Assembly: GCA_033763315.1 (NCBI GenBank)
Contig: JANRKS010000035.1
Coordinates: forward strand, 174,291-238,290
Direction: 5' to 3'
Source: Deltaproteobacteria bacterium
GTDB lineage: Bacteria; Myxococcota_A; Polyangia; Fen-1088
Length of the DNA stretch: 64,000 nt
The notes under the pieces are model-generated. The model saw only the letters and a list, made by a program, of their open reading frames with translations. It ran no database searches and was not told the origin of the DNA. Numbering within the stretch: the stretch's first letter is position 1; each line of letters opens with the position of its first letter. Below are positions 1 through 9,661 of the stretch, one piece after another. The position numbers were made by a program, and so were the translations under genes.

Positions 1-1149
1 ATAGTGCGCGGCTTTGCCCAAGCCCAGCGCCGATTCATCTTCAAGCACGCTAGCGGCATCGGCCACCCGCTCGGTGACCAGGCGCTTGAACGTTTCAAAA
101 TGCAACTGTAAGGGCGATCGTTTCAACGCCTCTAGCGTCTCATCCGCCAACATGCCCCAACTGAAAATGTTGTTCTTGCGTTCAAACTCGGCCAGCGCTT
201 CGTGTGTGGCCAAATCAAACATGCCCGGCGTGAACTTCGCCACCAACAAGCCTTCGCACACCAAACGTTGCTGCGTGGCCTTGACCGCAGCCACCCGCAG
301 CAGCCCCTGCTGGTAACGCCGCACACGAGCCGCAAATTTCGGATCCGCCGCCAAGGCCTGCAGCTCTGCGGCTTCTGTGGTTTCCGCCCAAGCGTCGGGG
401 TGTTCTTGCTTCAGTTTTTCGCTGCGCAGCTTCACCCACCGCGTGTCTTCTTGCACAAGCGCAAACTCGCGTTTGGCCTGCAGCATCGACTGGTACGAAA
501 CGCTGCCCGCAAACGCTTGCAAGGCAGCCATATCCACCTGCGCGTAGCAACCTTCGTTTGCCGCGTCTGTGGCCATCCGCTTTTGCAGCACCGTGATGGT
601 GGGCGGAATGCCAAACGGCTCGAGGAAGTTGTTGGGTGGCTGCTTTTGCAACCGTCGCAAACCCTTTTGGCGGCTCTTCTTGCGCTCTTCCTCAAACGCG
701 CGTCGCGCGGCCGGGGCCATGCCCAGCGGCTCTGCAGGCACGGCCTTGGTGGGCCCGGCGCCTCGCAGGTAAAGCACGTCGGGATCCACGCGATCATTGG
801 CCAGGTCGATAAACGTTTGGCGGTACGCCTGCGGCTTGGGCTCTTGGGCTTCGGCGTCGCGTTCACTCAAAATGAACGGCACCCAATTGTCTGAAAGATC
901 CACAACCGTGAGGCCTTGCGCTTGCGCCTCATGCAGCGGGATCGTTTTGCCTTTCCCCGCTTGCATGGCGTAAGCGTGGCCGGCGGCCAGGACGCCTTTT
1001 TGCCAGGGCGCTGGGGGTGGCTCCTGCGGTTTCGCTGCGCCCGCCTTCGATGACGACTTCGGCTGGTGTCGCTTGGTCTTTTCGGGTTGGCAACCAAACA
1101 CAAGCGCCAGCGGCGCCAGCAACAAAAGAGGCTTTAAGCGAAACAGCAT
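1..1149 (-). CDS. Myxobacterial-type lipoprotein, possible peptidoglycan-binding region (partial, runs off left edge)
   Basis: Absent from the ORF track because it has no stop in the window. Manual translation from ATG 1149 gives MLFRLKPLLLLAPLALVFGC (lipobox), LTVVDLSDNWVPFILSE, NNFLEPFGIPP, GMFDLATHEALAEFERKNNI (PG-binding-like). Confidence 0.6.
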   Translation of the reverse strand, partial: MLFRLKPLLLLAPLALVFGCQPEKTKRHQPKSSSKAGAAKPQEPPPAPWQKGVLAAGHAYAMQAGKGKTIPLHEAQAQGLTVVDLSDNWVPFILSERDAEAQEPKPQAYRQTFIDLANDRVDPDVLYLRGAGPTKAVPAEPLGMAPAARRAFEEERKKSRQKGLRRLQKQPPNNFLEPFGIPPTITVLQKRMATDAANEGCYAQVDMAALQAFAGSVSYQSMLQAKREFALVQEDTRWVKLRSEKLKQEHPDAWAETTEAAELQALAADPKFAARVRRYQQGLLRVAAVKATQQRLVCEGLLVAKFTPGMFDLATHEALAEFERKNNIFSWGMLADETLEALKRSPLQLHFETFKRLVTERVADAASVLEDESALGLGKAAHY

Positions 1150-1163
1150 AAGCAACAACCGCG

Positions 1164-1649
1164 TTAGTCGCGGAAGTTTACGAACTGCAAGTCCAGTCCG
1201 TAATCCTCCTTCCTCAAAAAGGCGATCACGGATTGCAGGTCGTCACGGTTCTTACCCGTCACGCGCAGCTCATCACCTTGGATGGATGCCTGCACCTTGA
1301 ATTTTTCGTCTTTGAGGCGCTTGACGATCTTCTTGGCGACGTCGCTTTCGATGCCCTGCTTGATCTTCACCACCTGCCGCACGGTTTTGTGGGTGGCGTC
1401 TTCCAGCTTCTGCGGATCCAGGCACCGCGGGGAAACGCCGCGCTTGACCAGCCGCTCACGCAAGATCTGCAGCGCGGCCTCAAGGTGCTCCACGTCGCTG
1501 GTGCGCACCGTGATGGTTTCGTCCTTGAGCTCAAAGGCGCTGTTCGTGCCCCGAAAATCGTAGCGTGTCGTGATTTCCTTCTGGGCCACGTTCACGGCGT
1601 TGTCGAGTTCCATCAAATCAACCTTGGACACCACATCAAAAGACGGCAT
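1164..1649 (-). CDS. yajQ: YajQ family nucleotide/c-di-GMP-binding protein
   Basis: MPSFDVVSKVD...NAV...RYDF...KVQASIQGDELRVTGKNRDDLQ...LQFVNFRD, 161 aa. Confidence 0.97.
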   Translation of the reverse strand: MPSFDVVSKVDLMELDNAVNVAQKEITTRYDFRGTNSAFELKDETITVRTSDVEHLEAALQILRERLVKRGVSPRCLDPQKLEDATHKTVRQVVKIKQGIESDVAKKIVKRLKDEKFKVQASIQGDELRVTGKNRDDLQSVIAFLRKEDYGLDLQFVNFRD

Positions 1650-1768
1650 GGAGGGGTTTTTTATCAGATTTTCGACGAACCAACCTGAAACCGATGCGTA
1701 ACGGCGGCATACTTTAGATTGAGGGATAAGGCGAAACTGCCGATCCCTTCAGAAGGAGGCATTTGCCC

Positions 1769-2527
1769 ATGACCGCTGCAATTTCGGTGAAGCAACTTCC
1801 CCGCGTGGTGGCCAACTTCGACCGCGCTGGGGCCATCCCTGCCGATTATTCGGCCGGCCGGCACATCGCCACCACCCTGACTCTCAGCGCCATCATCATC
1901 ACCGCAGCCATGTTCCTGGCGGTCAAGGCCCAGCCCATCGATTGGCTGCTGCTGCCGGCGTTTTGGCTGGCGGGCAACTTTATCGAGTGGGCGTTCCACA
2001 AGGGCCCCATGCACCGGCCCACCAAGGCGCGGATTCTTTACGTGAACCACACGCTGATTCACCACCGCGCCTTTTTGCACAACACGATGCCGGTGCAAAA
2101 CTTCCGCGAGTTCGGCCTCATCTTGATGCCGTGGTACACGATGATGCTGCTGCTGGTGCTGGCGTCGCCGATTGCGGTCGCCGCTTGGGCGTGGCGGGGT
2201 CCAGGCGCGGTCGGGATCTTCTATCTGTTCGCCATGAGCTACTTCTTGTTCTACGAAGTGCTGCACGGCCTTTATCACACGCCCGAAGCCTTTCAGCGCC
2301 GGTTCGGCCTGTGGAACAACCGCGTGTTCAAGTTCCTGCAGCACCACCACGCGCACCACCACCGGTTGGATCGGATGTCGCACAAAAACTTCAACGTCAC
2401 GGTTCCTCTGTTCGACACGTTGATGGGCACGCGGGAGAAGCCGGGCTTAGACGCAGACGCGCACGCCACGGCGGAAGCGTGGGATCAAGAGATGGGGGCG
2501 GAGGAGCGGAAGGAAGCGGAGAAGTAG
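1769..2527 (+). CDS. Sterol desaturase / fatty acid hydroxylase family membrane protein
   Basis: His boxes HKGPMH, HTLIHH, HGLYH, HHAHHH and NFNVT; hydrophobic segments; AAGGAGG RBS upstream of ATG 1769. Confidence 0.85.
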   Translation: MTAAISVKQLPRVVANFDRAGAIPADYSAGRHIATTLTLSAIIITAAMFLAVKAQPIDWLLLPAFWLAGNFIEWAFHKGPMHRPTKARILYVNHTLIHHRAFLHNTMPVQNFREFGLILMPWYTMMLLLVLASPIAVAAWAWRGPGAVGIFYLFAMSYFLFYEVLHGLYHTPEAFQRRFGLWNNRVFKFLQHHHAHHHRLDRMSHKNFNVTVPLFDTLMGTREKPGLDADAHATAEAWDQEMGAEERKEAEK

Positions 2528-2543
2528 GCGGCGAGGCAACACG

Positions 2544-2583
2544 AAAAAAGCGCCAGGGCTAAGGAGGTGCGCCGGCGCTTTTT
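2544..2583. terminator. Probable bidirectional intrinsic terminator between convergent genes
   Basis: AAAAAGCGCC (2545-2554) pairs with GGCGCTTTTT (2574-2583), with A/T tails on both sides. Confidence 0.6.
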
Positions 2584-2604
2584 GTTGGACGACCCTGAAA
2601 CCTT

Positions 2605-3816
2605 TTATTGAGCCTTGAGTGCCGTGCTTGCGTTGCCGCGGTTGTCTCGGAACGACACAGCGTTGCCCTGTACACAGTAATCCTGAACGACCATCACGGG
2701 ACCCGAAGCGAGTGTAAGTTTGTTTCCCGCCGTCGAGAACGTCCCTGTCGTCGTTTGAGGTGGGCCCGCCTGCAAGCCCGAGCAAACGCAGTTTGTGTCC
2801 ACGCTGCCGCTACAGGACCACGAGTAACCCGCGGCAGTCACGATCTTGGCGGCGACGGCGGCGCAGGTGGTGCTGCCTTCGCCCTTTTGAAACGCCGTGC
2901 AGGTCGCATCGGCCACGATGTCGGAGCGGGAGGATGCGGTGGTCACTTGTTCGTAGTTGGCATCCGTGAATGTGATGCTGCCCGAGTTTTCAATGGTGGC
3001 GGCCACTGATGCTTTTCCCGTGCCGCAGGTGACGATTTCGGTGGTGGTGCCTGTCTTTGCGCAACTGGAGGTTAGATTGTATTTTCCGGCAAGCGTACCG
3101 CCACAACTGTCAATCTTGGGGCAGTACGTGCTGGCACCTTGGGGGCCGCCCGCTCCGCCTTCTCCCAACAACACAGCAAAGGTGCCCGCTCGAGACGTCA
3201 ACGCGGTGACGGAGGCATCGCCCTGCCGCCAAGCGGATAGCAGCGCGATCCAAACTTTGGCGACGTCGTCGTACCAAGCGATCGTGGGCGTTTTGCCCGC
3301 AGGCAGGTCCGCGGGAACCGGAAGCGTCACAGAGATCGGCGAACTGAAGGTCGTCCCGGCGGGGCTGAAGTTATAGATGCTGCCCGACACGTCCATGCGA
3401 TTGGGCGTGTTGTTGACTGGCTGCGATGTTGTAAGGGTGACGTTGGTGTTGGTGGCAATCGAGCCGCCCAAGACAGTGACGGTGCCGCCTCCCACTTGCA
3501 CTTGGCCGCCACCAGTCGTTGTGATGGTGCCCATCGCCGTGGTGGGGGCCGCGTCGGCGCCCGCATCGCTTGAGGTTCCGCCGTCGCCCGTGCTGCCATC
3601 AGCCGCCCCACCATCACTTAAGGCATCGCCGGCTGAGTCGATCCCACCGTCACCACTGGCATCCCCAACGGGCGCATCCATATCGCCGCCCATCATGTTG
3701 GCATCCCCGGGCACGCCGGTGTCCCAGCCCGCCAATGGCGAAAGACCATCGTCATCACCACACCCCGCCGCCAAACCTGCGCCCACAATCAATAACGTCA
3801 ATACCCGCGTTTTCAT
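2605..3816 (-). CDS. Secreted Cys-rich lipoprotein with Asp/Gly-rich linker and ZU5-like beta domain
   Basis: Lipobox GLAAGC; DxG-rich linker; YNFSPAGTTFSSPISVTLP (ZU5-like); Cys-rich C-terminus. Confidence 0.7.
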   Translation of the reverse strand: MKTRVLTLLIVGAGLAAGCGDDDGLSPLAGWDTGVPGDANMMGGDMDAPVGDASGDGGIDSAGDALSDGGAADGSTGDGGTSSDAGADAAPTTAMGTITTTGGGQVQVGGGTVTVLGGSIATNTNVTLTTSQPVNNTPNRMDVSGSIYNFSPAGTTFSSPISVTLPVPADLPAGKTPTIAWYDDVAKVWIALLSAWRQGDASVTALTSRAGTFAVLLGEGGAGGPQGASTYCPKIDSCGGTLAGKYNLTSSCAKTGTTTEIVTCGTGKASVAATIENSGSITFTDANYEQVTTASSRSDIVADATCTAFQKGEGSTTCAAVAAKIVTAAGYSWSCSGSVDTNCVCSGLQAGPPQTTTGTFSTAGNKLTLASGPVMVVQDYCVQGNAVSFRDNRGNASTALKAQ

Positions 3817-3956
3817 GAAGATCCGTTCTCCCTTGGCCGTCCCACTGATCGCGACGAGGGTAAAGGATCACCGCGTAAAAAGTCAAAGCTTCCGCTGTGA
3901 CGCTGGACAAACGACGCCTTTACCTGGTGCGCGCGTTGGCGTAGCTTACGACCCCA

Positions 3957-4847
3957 ATGGCAAATCGATTAGGTAGCACTATGAAGACGATTGCAGGCAG
4001 AACTTCACAAACGGCACGCTTGAGCCGCCGGGGTTTGCTGGGGCACGCCGCCGCGGGCGGGCTGGCCACCCTGCTGATGGGTCGGGGCCAGGCGATTGCG
4101 GCCGCCCCCAAGGCGCCGCTGCTGAAGTTGGGTTTGGCTTCGTATTCACTGCGCAAGCTATCGGTGGATCAACTGATCGAAGCGTGCGGCAAGTTGGACT
4201 TGCGCTACCTCACGCTCAAAGACATGCACCTGCCGCGCGAGCCGAAGGCGTTGCAAGACGCGGTGGCGAAATTCAAAGCCGCCAACATCACCATCATGGG
4301 TGCGGGCGTGATCTACATGAAGAACGAGCCCGAAAAAGTCCGCAAAGATTTCGAATACGCGCGCGATGCGGGTGTGCCGCTGATCGTTGCCGCACCTGAC
4401 ATCGACGCTTTGGATTTGGTGGAAGGCCTGGTCAAGGAGTTCAACATACCTGTGGCGATCCACAACCACGGCCCCGAAGACAAACTTTACCCGGGCCCAT
4501 CGGATGTGATGAAACACATCGCCAAACGCGACAAGCGCATGGGCGTTTGCATGGATGTGGGGCACACGGTGCGCGCGGGCGAAGATCCGGTGGCGCTGGT
4601 GAGCAAACTTGGCGCGCGGCTTTTCGATCTACACGTCAAAGATCTGAAAGATCCCAAAGACAAGGCCAGCCAGATCGAATCAGGCAAGGGCGTGATCGAT
4701 TTGGTGGGCTTGTGCAAAGCGCTTCAGAAGCGCAAATACCAAGGCCAAGTGGGCCTTGAATACGAGATCCACGAAAACGATCCGCTGCCCGGGATCGCGG
4801 AATCGTTGGCGTATTTGCGTGGCGTGATTGCCGGCATTCGCGCTTAA
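3957..4847 (+). CDS. Tat-exported sugar phosphate isomerase/epimerase (xylose-isomerase-like TIM barrel)
   Basis: SRRGLL twin-arginine signal; AIHNHG, DVGH, LHVKD and GLEYE metal motifs. Start may be 3981. Confidence 0.85.
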   Translation: MANRLGSTMKTIAGRTSQTARLSRRGLLGHAAAGGLATLLMGRGQAIAAAPKAPLLKLGLASYSLRKLSVDQLIEACGKLDLRYLTLKDMHLPREPKALQDAVAKFKAANITIMGAGVIYMKNEPEKVRKDFEYARDAGVPLIVAAPDIDALDLVEGLVKEFNIPVAIHNHGPEDKLYPGPSDVMKHIAKRDKRMGVCMDVGHTVRAGEDPVALVSKLGARLFDLHVKDLKDPKDKASQIESGKGVIDLVGLCKALQKRKYQGQVGLEYEIHENDPLPGIAESLAYLRGVIAGIRA

Positions 4848-5269
4848 GACGCGGTGATCACCAGCGCGCCCTTGTACATCCCCATCCCGCACGTGAACGA
4901 CAGTTCTTGCGGCTGCTGCGCGGGGATGGTGACGGTCACGTCCTCGTTCAGCGGGAGATCCTTGCGAATGTTCAGCTTGGGGAACACCAAGGTGTCGCCG
5001 CAGTTCTGCTCGTCGACGCGGCGAAAGATCAGCGTGGTGTCTTTGCCTGCGGGGGCGGTGATCGAGGCTGGGGTGTAGCCGTCTTTGCTGACGGTGACCC
5101 GCGTGACGCCGGCGGGCGTGGGAGGGGCGGCAGGGGCTGCGGGGGCTGCGGCGGGGGGCTCAACGGTGGGAGATTTGGCTTTGCACCCTGCCCCGGCGGT
5201 GAACAAAACGCCGAAAAGGGCGGCAGGAAGGGCTGCGCTGCGAAGGAGGGAGAAGTTGTGGTTTCGCAT
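4844..5269 (-). CDS. Cupredoxin-domain lipoprotein
   Basis: Lipobox GAGC, Pro/Ala linker, GYTPASI...C...FTCGMGMYKG (CupA-like cupredoxin). Confidence 0.8.
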   Translation of the reverse strand: MRNHNFSLLRSAALPAALFGVLFTAGAGCKAKSPTVEPPAAAPAAPAAPPTPAGVTRVTVSKDGYTPASITAPAGKDTTLIFRRVDEQNCGDTLVFPKLNIRKDLPLNEDVTVTIPAQQPQELSFTCGMGMYKGALVITAS

Positions 5270-5338
5270 CCCGAAAGCCAAGCACACCCGCCCACCAAAA
5301 TCCTGCTGTCGGCGGCTCAAAGATCCCCGATTTCTTAA

Positions 5339-5367
5339 TTGACACCCCGAATGGCGACCCTTATATC
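5339..5367 (+). promoter_or_regulatory. Sigma70-type promoter for tRNA-Asp
   Basis: TTGACA (5339-5344), 17-bp spacer, TATATC (5362-5367), about 55 bp upstream of the tRNA. Confidence 0.65.
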
Positions 5368-5420
5368 TACCACCCCTGGCAGCCGGGCCCGCCCAGCCGT
5401 CAGGACTGAAAACCGAATAT

Positions 5421-6927
<1,507 letters not shown>

Positions 6928-6931
<4 letters not shown>

Positions 6932-7320
6932 TTCCTCTCCCGACGAGCCCGCGACTTTTCGAGGATGCGGTCCGCCTGATCCTCGTTGGACGCGAGGTCG
7001 TTGTTGTCTATTCGTCTCGCCTCAAGAAATTGGTGAAGTTCTTTCGGGTCGATGAGGTTGCCGCGAGGTCCGTAGCCCTTGAGCCCCTCCAGACGCCACC
7101 GTCGAAGAGTCTTCGGTGATCGAGAAATCAGCGTGGCGGCCTTCGTGATTGTAAGGAAGCGGCGACCACCGCCGGAGCTTGCTCGCCGAGCCGGGAGCCG
7201 CTGCTCAAGGAAGTTCATGATCTCCCGCCTGAGGTCCGCAACTGCCTCCTCAACAGCGGCGCGGGCGACCTCGCCAATCGCTTCGTCGACTGAAGCTCGC
7301 CGAGCAGTGACCCTTGTCAT
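6928..7320 (-). CDS. Excisionase-like helix-turn-helix protein
   Basis: FLTITKAATLISRSPKTLRRWRLEGL...LIDPKELHQFL (HTH_17/MerR-like); stop overlaps the integrase start. Confidence 0.75.
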
Positions 7321-7778
7321 CTATCGCTGCTCCCGCGGGCCGACAACCGATCAGCCACAAGGATCATCTGCAAGTGGGTGGCGTCCGCAATTGTCCCCGG
7401 AGTTCCTCGCTTCCCGAGGCTGAGGATCTGCTCTCGCCGGAGCAACACTTCGGAGCACAAGAAGTCCAGCATCAGCAACACGTCATTCTCGGTGAAGATC
7501 TCGTGTCGCAGGAGAGTGATGAGAAAGCAGATCTCGTCGTAGTAGTGGTCAAGAAGCTCATCGGTGCACGGATGAGCTTTGGGGAAACCTTTCTCCAGCA
7601 TCTCCCAGACTCTGGATGTCGCGTACTCCCACAGATCGATCTCTTGGTCCGTTGGAAACCCATCCTCGGTCGAGGTCTCACCGAGGCCCAGAGGATTGCC
7701 GAAGAAGCCGCGAGGCGAATTCTTGATGCATTCAAAAAGACGCGCGCGGGGCTCCGAGAAAATAGGCACAATTCTCAT
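7317..7778 (-). CDS. Hypothetical protein
   Basis: 153 aa, ATGA overlaps with both neighbours. Confidence 0.65.
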   Translation of the reverse strand: MRIVPIFSEPRARLFECIKNSPRGFFGNPLGLGETSTEDGFPTDQEIDLWEYATSRVWEMLEKGFPKAHPCTDELLDHYYDEICFLITLLRHEIFTENDVLLMLDFLCSEVLLRREQILSLGKRGTPGTIADATHLQMILVADRLSARGSSDR

Positions 7779-9661
7779 GTCTTGCTCCAGTTTCTTGAGA
7801 TCTGAGATTCGACAACCACGGGAACGTCGGGCAGATATTCCTGCATGCCAGTCACCATCTCCTCGACGACAGCGCGCTTGGCTTCGTCAGCAAGCTCGAC
7901 GGGCGCCTCGACGACGATCTCGTCGTGGACGAGATTCACAATCTGCGATCGCAAAGGACGCAGGCGCCGGTAGACGAGAGCAACGGCTCTCTTCATCCCG
8001 TCAGCGGCCGTGCCTTGGATGGGCGTGTTCAAGACCTCGGTAATCTTCGTATCCCCATCAAAAAGTCGCACACGCCCTGACGCCGTGGTGACGAACCCAT
8101 CTCGCAACAAGGCCAAGCGCGCCGCCTGATGCCAGCGCGCGAGACCCCGGTAAAGCCCGAAGTACTTCTGGCGCATCAGTTGAGCCTGTGGCCGCGTGAG
8201 GATGACCTCATACTGCGACTTGGCGTATGCAATGAAGGCCTCGGCACCCATCCCGTAGCAGAATCCGAAGTTCGCGGCTTTCGCCCGCTTTCGTTCCTCG
8301 GACGTGACAGCGTCGATCTCCTTCCCCATCACGAACGCAGCAGTTCGTTTGTGCGGATCGATCGGCGGATCGGAACAGAAGCACCGACGAAGCTCGGGTT
8401 CGCCGACCATCTGCGCGATGACACGAAGCTCAATGGCGCCGTAGTCAGCGACGATGAGGATGCAGCCGGGACGAGCAATAAACAGGCTCCGGACATCGCC
8501 GTCTCGTGGAACCGCCTGGATATTTGGCGCCGAACAACTCATCCGCCCAGTCGGCGCCCCAAGGGTGTGAAACGTGGGATGCAACCTCCCGTCGTGCGCA
8601 GCAGCGGCCAACCAGGCTTGCGCATACCGATTTCGCAGAATCGCCAACTCGCGATACTCGATCACGCTCCGAGCTGCGTCGTCGTCAGGGAGTTCTCGAA
8701 GAGCTTCGGTGGCCGTTGAAGCGATGGACACGCCATGCCGGGCGGAGAATGCTTTTCGAAGCTGAGCAGGAGAATCCAGATCGAGATCTTGGGCCCCAAG
8801 TTCGTTCAGGACGCTCGCCCCCGCCTTGACCATCGACTTGTCCCAGCGACGCATCTTCTTCTTGAGGCCGGGCACGTCCACTGCGAACCCAGCGAGTTCG
8901 ATCTCCGCCAGAGGCAAGATGATCGCATTCTCCAGGTCCCACGCTTCATTCAGGGATGCCCGTTCCATCCGGTCGCGAAGTCGGGCAAACAGTCGGAACA
9001 GAAGGCCGACATCAAGCGCGGCGTATTGGAGTTGCTCAGTGGAGAGCTTGGGACGCCCCCAGTCCGATCGCTGCTCGGTCTTGTCCACCTCCTCGTTAAG
9101 TAGATCGCGGACCACCGAGGCCAGGGTGTAGCGGCCTTTCTCTCCGCGTTCACCGGTGCCGAGGCAGCCCTGATCCAGAACCGCAGCGACGAACAGGTCG
9201 ACCGGCCACTCGATGCGGACATCGAAATGATGGAGCAGGTTCTTGAGGTCGAACTTGATGTTGAAGCCGATGCAGGGACGATCCCGTTTCAGCAACTCAC
9301 GAAGCGGTGGGGGCAAACCTCCAAGCCGCAGAAGATCGAAGATGACCACGTGCTCGGAGGACGATGCGACCTGGACCAATCGGACGCGGTTTCTATGTGG
9401 GTCCACGGCCGGCTTGTCCGACGGACCGATGGGCGCCATCGCCGAGTAGGTCTCGATGTCAAGCGCGAGAATGTCGGCCGACTCCAGCTTGTGGCAGGCG
9501 TGCGCGGCATGGTCGAACGTTTCGACGAGTTCGAACGATGGGAAGACCGTTACCGGGGCCTGATTCCTCCCGCTCAGGCTGCCGTTGGGACATGCAGCGG
9601 GACGACCGCCAGGCGCCTGAAGCACCGCAGGTGGGGAGAGGGGGACATGACATTTATCCAT
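7775..9661 (-). CDS. Family A DNA polymerase (3'-5' exonuclease + polymerase, no 5' nuclease domain)
   Basis: ExoI LDIET, ExoII FNIKFD, ExoIII YAALD; motif A DYGAIELR, motif B KAANFGFCYG, motif C VHDEI. Start ATG 9661 overlaps the primase stop. Confidence 0.92.
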   Translation of the reverse strand: MDKCHVPLSPPAVLQAPGGRPAACPNGSLSGRNQAPVTVFPSFELVETFDHAAHACHKLESADILALDIETYSAMAPIGPSDKPAVDPHRNRVRLVQVASSSEHVVIFDLLRLGGLPPPLRELLKRDRPCIGFNIKFDLKNLLHHFDVRIEWPVDLFVAAVLDQGCLGTGERGEKGRYTLASVVRDLLNEEVDKTEQRSDWGRPKLSTEQLQYAALDVGLLFRLFARLRDRMERASLNEAWDLENAIILPLAEIELAGFAVDVPGLKKKMRRWDKSMVKAGASVLNELGAQDLDLDSPAQLRKAFSARHGVSIASTATEALRELPDDDAARSVIEYRELAILRNRYAQAWLAAAAHDGRLHPTFHTLGAPTGRMSCSAPNIQAVPRDGDVRSLFIARPGCILIVADYGAIELRVIAQMVGEPELRRCFCSDPPIDPHKRTAAFVMGKEIDAVTSEERKRAKAANFGFCYGMGAEAFIAYAKSQYEVILTRPQAQLMRQKYFGLYRGLARWHQAARLALLRDGFVTTASGRVRLFDGDTKITEVLNTPIQGTAADGMKRAVALVYRRLRPLRSQIVNLVHDEIVVEAPVELADEAKRAVVEEMVTGMQEYLPDVPVVVESQISRNWSKT